Source: Bacteroidales bacterium (lineage in GTDB: Bacteria > Bacteroidota > Bacteroidia > Bacteroidales > VadinHA17). From it: a stretch of DNA of 64,000 nt. The position numbers were made by a program, and so were the translations under genes. The stretch covers positions 2,064 to 66,063 of the forward strand of contig JBEKDR010000033.1 in the NCBI GenBank assembly GCA_050014255.1, in the 5' to 3' direction. The notes under the pieces were generated by a model. It had not been told where the DNA came from, did no database searches, and saw nothing but the letters and a program-made list of their open reading frames with translations. This document shows, in pieces, positions 30,426-40,522 of the stretch (the first letter of the stretch is position 1; each line of letters starts with the position of its first letter).

Positions 30426-31631
30426 ATGCTCACAGCTATAACAAATGCGCACATTTTCGATGGAGAGAGTGTCATTGACGACCACATCGTAGTGATTGAC
30501 GGGGAAAGAATTCTTAGTGTCGGCGGAGTTGTACCAACCGGGGCAACCGTCATCGATGCCCACAATACAACCCTGATGCCAGGACTAATAGATTCACATG
30601 TACATACTAATATTGACGGATTACATGACGCACTATTATTCGGTGTCACTACCGAGTTGGAAATGATGGGGCGATGGTCATTCAAAGAGCGCAAAAAAAT
30701 TGCTGAACGGTATGATGTAGCTGATTTTCGCTCTGCTGGTATGGGTGTCACTCCTCCGGGGGGTCATCCAACTCAATACATGAAATCCAGCAGTAACTTA
30801 CTGCTTAGATTTTTCTATCGCTATCCATTTGTTTCAAAACCTGAAGAGGCAATCAAATTTGTAAAAAAGCAGGTCGCCAACGGAGCCGATTATATCAAGA
30901 TTTTTATTGAAGATGGAACCACTGTTGGCTTTCCCGGACTTCCGGTTTTAAGCAACGAGATAATCATTGCGACCGTTAAAGAAGCTCATCGACTTTGCAA
31001 GATGGCCATTGCTCATGTGACAACTTTTGAAGGAGGGCAGAAAGCCATTTCGGCAGGAGTGGATGGGTTAGCGCACTTGTTTTTTGACCGCCAGCCTACC
31101 CCTGAACTAATTTCCGCTATTGCTTCTTCCGGAGCTTTTATTACTCCCACACTTGTGACGCTCTCAACTGCCTTTGGTAACAGCGCAGCCGGGCTGGCTA
31201 AAGACAAAAGAGTAAGTTCCAAACTCAGCAAAAAGTGGCTCAATTCACTCTCCAGGATCATGAATGTGTACCCTCAGGGTAACCTCGAAGATGCATTCGC
31301 CAGCGTCAGGGCTCTCCACAGTGCGGGAGTGGACATTCTGGCTGGCAGCGATGTGTCGGAACCAATCCCAATCCTTGGCGGTCTCGTCCATGGCGCCAGC
31401 CTCCATCACGAGCTTCAGTTGCTGGTCGCTGCGGGACTGAAACCTATCGAAGCCCTCCGGACAGCTACTTCGATACCTGCAAGACGCTTCGGACTTACAG
31501 ACCGTGGACGGATTGTTCCCGGAGCACGAGCCGACCTGCTTTTAGTCGGAGGGGACCCAATAACCAAAATCAGCGACACGCTGTCCATTCTTGGCATCTG
31601 GCGTAATGGTACTAAACTCAACACACACTGA
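30426..31631 (+). CDS. Metal-dependent amidohydrolase family protein
   Basis: 401 aa. PGLIDSHVH metal-binding motif, with later HV/HL and GSD segments. By eye it is more GC-rich than its surroundings. Confidence 0.8.
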   Translation: MLTAITNAHIFDGESVIDDHIVVIDGERILSVGGVVPTGATVIDAHNTTLMPGLIDSHVHTNIDGLHDALLFGVTTELEMMGRWSFKERKKIAERYDVADFRSAGMGVTPPGGHPTQYMKSSSNLLLRFFYRYPFVSKPEEAIKFVKKQVANGADYIKIFIEDGTTVGFPGLPVLSNEIIIATVKEAHRLCKMAIAHVTTFEGGQKAISAGVDGLAHLFFDRQPTPELISAIASSGAFITPTLVTLSTAFGNSAAGLAKDKRVSSKLSKKWLNSLSRIMNVYPQGNLEDAFASVRALHSAGVDILAGSDVSEPIPILGGLVHGASLHHELQLLVAAGLKPIEALRTATSIPARRFGLTDRGRIVPGARADLLLVGGDPITKISDTLSILGIWRNGTKLNTH

Positions 31632-31804
31632 TATAATAATTTGCTCCTATGCAAATGTCTTCTACCAATCACAGGTTAGATATTTCACCAGTCTCCGCTC
31701 CAAACAACAACAACCAATGACCTGTAAACTAATCATTTACGAGGTTGTTTATTGTCAAATTAGAAGCATATGGGAACCATTTGCTCTATTTACAAGCTAA
31801 ACAA

Positions 31805-31851
31805 CCTGACTCATAATCATATGGGTGCTGGTTTGAGCCCAGTTGGGCCCA
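31805..31851 (+). pseudogene. 3' half of an elongator-type tRNA-Met (anticodon arm to discriminator); the 5' half is absent
   Basis: CCTGA-CTCATAA-TCATA (decayed anticodon stem), TGGGT, T arm GCTGG-TTTGAGC-CCAGT, acceptor 3' strand TGGGCCC plus A. There is no complementary 5' acceptor strand upstream. Confidence 0.55.
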
Positions 31852-32176
31852 ATCACAAAATCTAACAGTTACAAATCCATATCGGAACTGTTTTTTATTT
31901 TTAGCCAGGGTTAAGCCAGGTTTTATTGAGATTTAACGAATTCCGGTTCAGTGTGATATAAAGGTCGGGGGGCAGTTACCACTTTCCTTTTATTATTTCA
32001 ATCAACAATCTTATTCAAGTCCTGACCAGATGGTTAACATGCTGAGTTTTGTTCACTGTTGTTTTGAAAAGGATCTCTCTCGACTAAATTTTAAGAATAC
32101 CTTAAAATCAGTGATGCTAATTCCGTATATCAGGAGGATTTTTCAGATGAATGAATTTTTATTTGTGTTTAATTAA

Positions 32177-32235
32177 TGTCTTTTATAACTTTATCACAAT
32201 GAATTACTAATATGGCAAGTCTCATCCAGGGGTTT
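32177..32235 (+). repeat. Left arm of a 59-bp inverted repeat (promoter-proximal DNA plus the first 8 codons of the TIR gene)
   Basis: 54 of 59 nt are identical to the reverse complement of 40499-40557. It includes TAACTTTA (a -7-like box), the start codon and MA(S/N)LIQG(F/Y). Confidence 0.9.
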
Positions 32236-33780
32236 GAATATGACATCTTTATTAGCTATCGTCAGAAAGATAATAAATATGATGGCTGGGTGACAGAATT
32301 TGTTGATCATCTGAAGAGGGAACTTGAGGCAACGTTTAAAGAAGAAATCAGCGTTTATTTTGACATCAATCCTCGTGATGGACTTTTAGAGACCCATTCC
32401 GTTAATCGTTCCCTTGAAAACAAACTGAAATGTCTCATTTTTATTCCAATACTCTCAAGAACTTACTGTGACTCAAAATGTTTTGCATGGAACAATGAGT
32501 TTCTTCCTTTTTTGAAAATTGCAGAAAAAGATAGGTTTGGGTTAAATATAAAACTAATAAACGGCAATGTAGCATCCAGAGTATTACCTGTACGCATCCA
32601 TGACCTTGAGCTAGAAGATATTAAATTAATAGAAACACATCTTGGTACTATTCGGTCAGTAGATTTTATTTATAAATCTCCAGGTGTTAACCGTCACTTA
32701 AGAGCCATAGAAGAGCACCCTCAGGACAATCTTAATAAAACTTACTATCGCGATCAGATAAACAAACTGGCTAATGCTATTGATGAAATTATCCGAAGCC
32801 TTAAAATTGTACAAATAATAACGGATGAAGAAAGAACTCTATTAAAGGAAGTTGCCACACCTGATTTTTTACAGGAATCAGGAACCTTTCTAAGTTATAA
32901 AGGTCAGATAGATTTTAATACTATTAATTTGTTATTAAAAAAACTAAAAAAGATCCCCATATTTGAAAATCTCAAAAAAACATCTGCAAAGAAAGTATAT
33001 TCTATTCTATCTGAATGCCTTGATAATATATCAAAATATTCTTTAAAAAAGCCTGGACTTTCTGGAATAGCCCAACCTTCTATTTCACTTGGACTTCAAA
33101 ATAATAAAATCATCATTAAAACAAGTAATCCAGTTTCTGAAGAAAAAATAAATAATCTGGACAGAAAGCTTAAACAGATAAATGACCTTGATGAGGAAAC
33201 CATCAGAGCCTTATATGATGAAAGAATTAATCAGGAATCAAAAACAGAAGAAAGTGGCGCAGGACTTGGATTTATATTAATGGTATTGAAATCAGGAAAC
33301 AAAATAGAATACAAATTTACCAGAGCAAATGAGGGCTATTATTATTTTGAATTACAAATTCCTGTAAATGAATCTATTGGAAGAAAGTTAATTATTGATA
33401 AAACAATATATTCACCTGCGGTTACTTTTGATCCCGACAAAAATATCTTTGAAATATCTGGAGAATCAAGACCCTTTGACGTTCCTAGATTTTATGAGAT
33501 TCTTTTAAAATGGCTTGATGAATATTCATTACATTTAAACAATTCGAACACTAACCAGGAACCGATTATATTTAATTTTAATTTTGAATATTACAATTCT
33601 TTATCATCAAAATACATACTTGACTTTTGCAAAAAGTTAGCTAATCTCCGCATAGATGGTAAAAATATTAACATAAAATGGCATTATGAGGAGGATGACA
33701 TGGATATGCTTGAAGCCGGCAAAGAGATGTCAAGAATTTCTAAATTCCCTTTTGAATATATTCAGAAAGGGCTAAATTAA
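32212..33780 (+). CDS. TIR domain - SiaB-like protein kinase - SiaC-like (DUF1987) triple-fusion protein
   Basis: 522 aa. TIR: YDIFISYRQKDN, CLIFIPILSRTY, CFAWNNEF. SiaB-like: FLSYKGQIDF, ECLDNISKY, SGAGLGFILMVLKSGNKIEYKF. DUF1987-like: SPAVTFDPDKNIFEISGESRP, FEYYNSLSSKYILDF, WHYEEDDMDMLEAGKE. Confidence 0.75.
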   Translation: MASLIQGFEYDIFISYRQKDNKYDGWVTEFVDHLKRELEATFKEEISVYFDINPRDGLLETHSVNRSLENKLKCLIFIPILSRTYCDSKCFAWNNEFLPFLKIAEKDRFGLNIKLINGNVASRVLPVRIHDLELEDIKLIETHLGTIRSVDFIYKSPGVNRHLRAIEEHPQDNLNKTYYRDQINKLANAIDEIIRSLKIVQIITDEERTLLKEVATPDFLQESGTFLSYKGQIDFNTINLLLKKLKKIPIFENLKKTSAKKVYSILSECLDNISKYSLKKPGLSGIAQPSISLGLQNNKIIIKTSNPVSEEKINNLDRKLKQINDLDEETIRALYDERINQESKTEESGAGLGFILMVLKSGNKIEYKFTRANEGYYYFELQIPVNESIGRKLIIDKTIYSPAVTFDPDKNIFEISGESRPFDVPRFYEILLKWLDEYSLHLNNSNTNQEPIIFNFNFEYYNSLSSKYILDFCKKLANLRIDGKNINIKWHYEEDDMDMLEAGKEMSRISKFPFEYIQKGLN

Positions 33781-33832
33781 TATTTTCTTAATCACCTTTT
33801 CATTTGAATCTTTCAGTAATGATCAACTGTAA

Positions 33833-35074
33833 TTACTTCATTTTTATTCCTACGATCAAAATATCATCAACCTGGTCAATATCACTTCTCCAATCTTCAA
33901 ATTTTTTTTCCAGAGTTTTTTTCTGTTCTGGCATAGACATGTTATGAATATCAATTAAAAGCTTTTTGAAATTTTCTGTTCTGAATGTTTTTCTATCTGC
34001 ACCTCCGAGCTGATCTACATAACCATCAGTAAATAAATAAATGATATCATTTTTTTTAATTAGTATTTCTTTATTAGTGAAGGATTGATCTTCCTGTTCG
34101 TAAATTCCAATTGGCCTTTTGTCGCCCTTAAATTCTTTTAATTCTTTATCGCGTATAAGATATAAAGGACGAAATGCCCCTGAATACTGTAATTTCTTCT
34201 TATCGGAATCAATAATGCATATAGCCATCTCCATGCCATCCCTTGTTTCATCACATTTCCCAGTCTGGTGAAGCGATTTTATAACCTGTTCACAGAGCTG
34301 GTTTAATATCTCATTTGCCTTAATAGTAACACCGTTATTCACAATTTCATTTAAAAATGAAACACCCAGGATACTCATAAAGGCTCCTGGAACACCATGG
34401 CCCGTGCAATCAGCAACTACAATGAACACTTGGTCGTCTTTACTGGCCAGCCAATAATAGTCCCCACTTACAATGTCCCTTGGCTTGCTTAAAACAAAAT
34501 ACGATGGAAGTAGTTTTTTAAACTCCTCATTTGGAGGGAGTAAAGCATGTTGTATCCTGCTGGCATATTGAATACTACATCTAATTTCTTTGTTCTGAGC
34601 CTCAATCTTCTGTGTGCGTTCAATTACTTTCTGTTCCAGTGTTTGGTTTGCTTCCTTAAGATCTTCAATTAATTTTCTATTTTGCTCCCTAAGATGATAT
34701 GTTTCAAGAGCCTTATCAATGTTTATTTTCAGTTCTTCCTTGCTCCATGGTTTAGTTATGTATCGATATACTCTGCCTGTATTTATGGCCTGAATAATAG
34801 CTTCAATGTCACTGAAACCGGTGAGTATCATCCTGATACAATCTGGGTACTCCGGAATGATTTTTTCAAGGAATTGAATACCAGTCATCTCAGGCATCCG
34901 TTGGTCGGTAATTATAAGATGAATCTCATTTTTTTTGAGTATTTCAAGTCCTTCGGCACCTGAAGTTGCCATGTGAACTTCATACTCGCGCCTGAAGGCT
35001 GAACTAAAAACAGTAAGATTATCCTGTTCATCATCAACATAAAGAATCGGTGGTAATGATTTGGTTGTATTCAT
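33833..35074 (-). CDS. Fused response regulator (REC) / PP2C-SpoIIE-type serine phosphatase
   Basis: 413 aa. REC: YVDDEQ, IITDQRMPEMTG, YITKPW. A coiled-coil linker follows. PP2C: SGDYYW, VADCTGHGVPGAFMS, FTDGYVDQ, DDILIVGI. Confidence 0.85.
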   Translation of the reverse strand: MNTTKSLPPILYVDDEQDNLTVFSSAFRREYEVHMATSGAEGLEILKKNEIHLIITDQRMPEMTGIQFLEKIIPEYPDCIRMILTGFSDIEAIIQAINTGRVYRYITKPWSKEELKINIDKALETYHLREQNRKLIEDLKEANQTLEQKVIERTQKIEAQNKEIRCSIQYASRIQHALLPPNEEFKKLLPSYFVLSKPRDIVSGDYYWLASKDDQVFIVVADCTGHGVPGAFMSILGVSFLNEIVNNGVTIKANEILNQLCEQVIKSLHQTGKCDETRDGMEMAICIIDSDKKKLQYSGAFRPLYLIRDKELKEFKGDKRPIGIYEQEDQSFTNKEILIKKNDIIYLFTDGYVDQLGGADRKTFRTENFKKLLIDIHNMSMPEQKKTLEKKFEDWRSDIDQVDDILIVGIKMK

Positions 35075-35116
35075 CTGAATTTAATTTTAATATATGACAA
35101 TTATAAATCGCTATAA

Positions 35117-38100
35117 TTATTCGAATGACTGACTTAAAGGAAGAGTTATTATAAAAACTGTGCCATTCCCCTGTTCACTTTTAAAAGAAATTGTGCCTTT
35201 GTGTTTCTCAATTATGCTTTGGCTTATCGAAAGTCCTAAACCCGTTCCCTTTCCAACTCCTTTTGTTGTAAAAAAGGGATCAAATATTTTTGTCTTCAGG
35301 TTTTCATGGATCCCATACCCAGTATCTTTTATGCTGACTTTTACGCTTTCTCCAGATATTGAAGTGCTTATGGTTATAGTCCCTTTTTCATCTATGGCAT
35401 CAACAGCATTAGAAAGAATATTCATAAATACTTGGTTTAGCTGACCCGGGTAACATTCAATAAATGGTAAATCACTATAGTTTTTTACAATTTCAATTCG
35501 ATTCTTGTACTTATTATGTAAGAGAATCAGAGTGGAATCTATCCCTTCATGAATATCCGCCATTTTAAGGATATCTTCATCCAAACGGGAAAAAGTACGC
35601 AGTCCTCTGACTATTTCAGTTGTTCTTTTTGCTCCGTTTTTGATACTATCGATGAGTTTGTTGATCTCCCTTATGGCTTCTTTGTAGTTAACTCTTTCCT
35701 TAAGCTCTTCAATCTCTTTCAGTTTTATATTGACGTTACGGGCAGTGATTTTATGATAAATTTCTATGACCTGTCTTATTTCTTCCAAGTTGTTCGACAA
35801 TGAATCGACACCAGCACTTATGAAATTTACTGGATTATTAATCTCATGAGCGATACCCGCAACAAGCTGACCAAGAGAAGCCATCTTCTCAGATTGTACT
35901 AGCTGGACTTGTGAATATTTAAGATTATCTAAGGTGGTGTTTAACTCTTCTTTTTGAATATTCAATTGTTCATTTTTAAGAGAAATTTCCGCTGTACGTT
36001 TCTCTACCTTTTCTTCCAAATTACGGTTATATTCTTCAAGATTTTTATAAAGTCTTGCATTTTCAATGGATACAACAATCTGCCCTGAAAGCATTTTTAG
36101 TATTTCTACTCGTTCAGACGTAAAAGCACCTGTTATAAGATTATTTTCAAGGTATAAAATACCGCTTAATTTGTTTTGATAAATAAGTGGCATACAAAAT
36201 AACGATTTTGATTGATTATGAAGAATATAATCATCATAACTAAAGATTGTTTCTTTCACGGCATCATCAAGAGTCAGAGTTTCCTTGGTCCGCAGTACAT
36301 AATTGATTACTACTTGCGCTATGTAATTGCTTTCCATAAATGGAATATGATGCAGAACGTTTACTTTATCTCTATTTGCAAATGCTTCTCCCTCTATAAA
36401 GAGTTTTTGATTATCCATTAAAAGGATATAGCCCTTTTCCGCTCCTGCGTCGGCAATAAGAATTTTTAGTAGTTTTTCAAGTAGTTTTTCCAAATGAATT
36501 TCACCTGATATTATCTGCGAGGCTTTCAGTACTGCCTCAAGGTCAATACGATCGATCGTTGCATCATCAGAATCAATGGTTTTCGTTTTCTTAAATTCTT
36601 CTTTTTCCTTAATGTGATCAGAGCCATGGGAGAGCAGATCCTTATATTCTTCATCAAGATGCCTGACTTTTGCTTTGGCACCCCATTTTATATACAAAAA
36701 TCGGGCTCCAGACATATGACTCCTGGCTGATGATTCATTGCCTTTAATTAGATAATACTTAGCTGCCAGTTCGTTTGCCAGTGCTTCATCCTGAATATAT
36801 CCATTTATATGAGCATACTGGATTGCTTCATTATAATGCACTATTGCCTTTTGATCTTTGCCAAGGACTTTAAACTTTTCCGCTTCCACAAGATGCCATT
36901 TATGAAGATGATTTTCCGGAGCATTTTTGGCATATTTCTTCATGGTTCTCTGATTGAGAAAGACTTTTCTGAGATAATAGAAACGCCTTTGCCATGGTTC
37001 TTCAGAAAGTTGATAAAGAAAAACAAGAGAGGTATAATAATAAACTAATGGAAGATATATCATTCCTACTAGTGGCTCTTTGTATTTTTCCAGGATAAGA
37101 GCATTTTTCAATGCTTCCGTTCTCTTGCCAAACAGGTAACAAACCATAGTTTTTTTTGTGTATAAGGTTCCTATTGTAACCTTATCATTAGCTTTAATCA
37201 GGAATGGCAACATCTCCTCTTCATTAAAACTATCACCAATAAAAAGAGTGTTGTCTTTTGCATATCCTCTAAGGTTAAGAGCCAGTTGCCTGTGCAATTG
37301 CATGTTATATAAAGTTCTTTCCTGTTTGAGTTTCTTTACAACCTCAATATATTTTCCCATTTCTTTATCCACTAATTCCAGATCCGTTCCGCAATAAAGA
37401 GAGTGAATACATGCCATCATTATGCTTAATGCTGCAAATTCCAAATCTCCTGTTTCCAATCCTAACTGATAACCTGCCATTAATGGGTCTATAGTTTCCC
37501 TTAATTTATCTTTCCAGTGTCTGATAAAAATATTGAATACTGCAATTATATTTGCATTAAATTCTTTTGTATTGAATTTTGAAATTAAATCAAATGAAAA
37601 TTTACCAAACTGATAACCCTGGGGAGTATTTCCAATCACACCTAATGAAACAACACCATACATACTATAACCATAAGGAGAAAATGGAGAGTTGCCATAT
37701 TTTATAGATAAATGAACCATATTTAATATCATCATTATTACCTTCAGGATTTGTACCCGATAGGCAGAACTGGCAGCTCTCATTAGAATTCGCATAGCTG
37801 CAAGCATATGTTCATCCTTCATGTGAGGCAATGCATTTAATTCATCCAGTGTATATCTGGATAAGATAAACCGCAGTTTCAGAATTGAAAGTAAAACATT
37901 AATCCTCTTTGGCTTTTCCGGAATATAAACACCTAACTGTTTAAGTATACCTATAGCGGTTGAAACAGCTTCTTCAATTCTTGCTCTTGCAATTAGTGAT
38001 TGTATAATTACTTCATTTATTTTAATTCTGTCAAGAAGTGATCTGGAATTCTTTATAACTTCTTTAGCTAAATCATTCATTTTTTCGAAATCTCCTGTTA

Positions 38101-40522
38101 AATAAGAACCTTCTGTGGCTTCCGTATACATCATAAGTGCAAGTGTATATTGATCTCGCCAACAACTAATTCCTAAAAGATCTATACCCAACAAGAAATA
38201 TCTATATGCAATTTCATAGGCGTTCGCTGCCTTAGCTTTTTTTCCTGCCATAAAATTTAGCCGGGCAAGTTCATTTTTTTCAGTTTTTTCCTCAATCAGA
38301 TCCAAACCGGAATTCAGTTGATTAGTAATATTAAATATTTTCTCCTCAAGCTCCTCCTCTCTGGAATTGCTTAATAACATACGACCTATTTTCAAATGGA
38401 GTTCTTTTCTTTGCTTTTCTGCAATCAATGAATAAGCAGCATACTGAATTCTGTCGTGACAGAATCTGTAACATACTTCTGCACTTTCGATATCATTATG
38501 AATGTACCTGTAAACATCACTCAAAGGGAGAATCAATTCCTCCTGAAGTGCTTCCCATAAATTATTTGCTGTTTCGATTGGAGTTTTTTCACATGTCATT
38601 GAAAGTGTTTTTAAATCAAATTGATTCCCTATGCATGCAGCAAGTTTCAGGGCAGATTGTGTATCCTCTGATAGTTTTTGAATTTCATTGACCATTAAAT
38701 CCACCACGTTGTCAGTTACCTTCAGTTTTTCAATCTTATAAATATCCCAGTGCCAAACCATCAGCTTGTGATCAAATTCAAAAAGCTTATTCCCGTATAT
38801 TGTCAGCAAAAATTGTATCAGAAAAAAAGGATTTCCGTTTGTCTTTTTCATGCAGAGTTTTGCAAGCTCTTCCGTTTTATCTGTCGAACATTTCAATGTA
38901 TCGGCAAGTAATAGGTTAATACTGGTGAAATCCAAAGATGATAATGAGAGAGTGTTTATTTTGATTTGAGCCTTTTGAATCCTATTCAGAACAATTAAAA
39001 GCGGGTGACTATTATCAACTTCATTATCCCTGTATGCGCCAATGAAAAAAAGATATTTTGTTTCTGAATCTGTCATAAACAACTCTACTAAATTTAATGA
39101 AGGAAGATCAATCCATTGGAGGTCATCAAGGAAAATAATTAGTGGATGTCCCACATTTGTAAAAGTTCTTATGAAATTAGTGAAATAAAGATTAAATCTG
39201 TTTTGTGACTCCTGCGATGGAAGCTCAGGGACAGGAGGCTGTTTGCCAATAATCAGCTCAACTTCAGGAATGACATCAATTATTACCCGTCCGTTTGGAC
39301 CGATTGCTTCCAATATTTCTTCTTTCCAGGTTGCAATTTGTTCTTCGCTTTCTGTGAGGATTTGTCTTATTAACTGCTGAAATGCCTGAATCAGTGAAAA
39401 AAATGGGATATTCCGTTTAAATTGTTCAAATTTTCCTGAAATGAAATATCCTTTTTTTGCGACAACATGCTTATGAATTTCATTCACTAAGGCTGATTTC
39501 CCAATTCCGGAATAACCGTAAACCATCATCATCTCTTTAGTACCCTGGCATACCCTGTTAAATGAATTTAATAATATTTCAATTTCTTTTTCCCGACCAT
39601 ACAATTTTTGTGGAATTTGGAACCTATTAGAAAAGTCTTTTTTTGCAATAGGAAAATTCTTTATTTTTCCTCCTGTATGAAGTTGTTCCAGACAATTTTC
39701 CAGATCAGCATTTAATCCAAATGCACTTTGATATCTTTCTTCAGCATTTTTTGCCATTAACTTAAGAATGATGCTTGAAAGAATCTCCATAGTTTCTTGC
39801 TCCTCATGACCTTTGGTAATCTTCAGTTCAACTGGAGGAACCGGGTCCTTGGCTATGTGGCAGTGAACTAATTCCATTGCATTGTTACACACGAAAGGTA
39901 GCTGACCTGTCATCATCTCATATAAAGTAACTCCAAGTGAATACATATCCGTCCTGTAATCTAGCATACGGTTCATTCTTCCTGTCTGTTCAGGAGATAT
40001 ATAGCTCAGAGTTCCTTCAAATTCATTCGGATTTTGTATACCAGTAACCTCGCGTGAAAGCACTGTTGAAATACCAAAATCAATGATTTTGACCTGGTCA
40101 GTTTCCTGATTCCAGACAATATTAGTTGGATTAATGTTTTTATGAATAATATTCAATTGATGAAGCTGACCCAGAATATAAGATATCCTAATTGAAAGCT
40201 TAAGAAATTCATTTAAATTCAGTTTCCTCTTTTCCAGTATTTCCTTTATTGATTCACCTCCGAAATCCTCCATGATGATGGCATAACTGTTATTATAGCT
40301 TTCAAGACTATAAGCTTTAATAGCACCTTCCAGATTTAAATTCCTCAGAATTTCATATTCCCTGTTAAAGCGGGCAATTCTTTCAGGGTCGGGATATTCT
40401 CCATTAAGAATCTTAATAATTACAGGAATGTCCTTTGCTTTCTTAAAAGCGCGATACACAGCTGAATTATAGCTTTCATAAAGCTTTTCTTTTATTTGAT
40501 ACCCCTGGATGAGATTTGCCAT
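35117..40522 (-). CDS. Giant sensor: degenerate Ser/Thr-kinase domain - AAA_16/STAND NTPase - TPR-like repeats - GAF - histidine kinase (HstK-like architecture)
   Basis: 1801 aa. Kinase fold with VIIK, DFG and SPE, but HRD reads HKN and the G-loop reads YESYNS. Walker A GYSGIGKS and Walker B IIFLDDLQW. About 650 aa of helical repeats, then a GAF-like region. H-box AGIAHEINNP and HATPase boxes NILSNAVDA, DTGYGI, GKGTGLGLS. Confidence 0.8.
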   Translation of the reverse strand: MANLIQGYQIKEKLYESYNSAVYRAFKKAKDIPVIIKILNGEYPDPERIARFNREYEILRNLNLEGAIKAYSLESYNNSYAIIMEDFGGESIKEILEKRKLNLNEFLKLSIRISYILGQLHQLNIIHKNINPTNIVWNQETDQVKIIDFGISTVLSREVTGIQNPNEFEGTLSYISPEQTGRMNRMLDYRTDMYSLGVTLYEMMTGQLPFVCNNAMELVHCHIAKDPVPPVELKITKGHEEQETMEILSSIILKLMAKNAEERYQSAFGLNADLENCLEQLHTGGKIKNFPIAKKDFSNRFQIPQKLYGREKEIEILLNSFNRVCQGTKEMMMVYGYSGIGKSALVNEIHKHVVAKKGYFISGKFEQFKRNIPFFSLIQAFQQLIRQILTESEEQIATWKEEILEAIGPNGRVIIDVIPEVELIIGKQPPVPELPSQESQNRFNLYFTNFIRTFTNVGHPLIIFLDDLQWIDLPSLNLVELFMTDSETKYLFFIGAYRDNEVDNSHPLLIVLNRIQKAQIKINTLSLSSLDFTSINLLLADTLKCSTDKTEELAKLCMKKTNGNPFFLIQFLLTIYGNKLFEFDHKLMVWHWDIYKIEKLKVTDNVVDLMVNEIQKLSEDTQSALKLAACIGNQFDLKTLSMTCEKTPIETANNLWEALQEELILPLSDVYRYIHNDIESAEVCYRFCHDRIQYAAYSLIAEKQRKELHLKIGRMLLSNSREEELEEKIFNITNQLNSGLDLIEEKTEKNELARLNFMAGKKAKAANAYEIAYRYFLLGIDLLGISCWRDQYTLALMMYTEATEGSYLTGDFEKMNDLAKEVIKNSRSLLDRIKINEVIIQSLIARARIEEAVSTAIGILKQLGVYIPEKPKRINVLLSILKLRFILSRYTLDELNALPHMKDEHMLAAMRILMRAASSAYRVQILKVIMMILNMVHLSIKYGNSPFSPYGYSMYGVVSLGVIGNTPQGYQFGKFSFDLISKFNTKEFNANIIAVFNIFIRHWKDKLRETIDPLMAGYQLGLETGDLEFAALSIMMACIHSLYCGTDLELVDKEMGKYIEVVKKLKQERTLYNMQLHRQLALNLRGYAKDNTLFIGDSFNEEEMLPFLIKANDKVTIGTLYTKKTMVCYLFGKRTEALKNALILEKYKEPLVGMIYLPLVYYYTSLVFLYQLSEEPWQRRFYYLRKVFLNQRTMKKYAKNAPENHLHKWHLVEAEKFKVLGKDQKAIVHYNEAIQYAHINGYIQDEALANELAAKYYLIKGNESSARSHMSGARFLYIKWGAKAKVRHLDEEYKDLLSHGSDHIKEKEEFKKTKTIDSDDATIDRIDLEAVLKASQIISGEIHLEKLLEKLLKILIADAGAEKGYILLMDNQKLFIEGEAFANRDKVNVLHHIPFMESNYIAQVVINYVLRTKETLTLDDAVKETIFSYDDYILHNQSKSLFCMPLIYQNKLSGILYLENNLITGAFTSERVEILKMLSGQIVVSIENARLYKNLEEYNRNLEEKVEKRTAEISLKNEQLNIQKEELNTTLDNLKYSQVQLVQSEKMASLGQLVAGIAHEINNPVNFISAGVDSLSNNLEEIRQVIEIYHKITARNVNIKLKEIEELKERVNYKEAIREINKLIDSIKNGAKRTTEIVRGLRTFSRLDEDILKMADIHEGIDSTLILLHNKYKNRIEIVKNYSDLPFIECYPGQLNQVFMNILSNAVDAIDEKGTITISTSISGESVKVSIKDTGYGIHENLKTKIFDPFFTTKGVGKGTGLGLSISQSIIEKHKGTISFKSEQGNGTVFIITLPLSQSFE

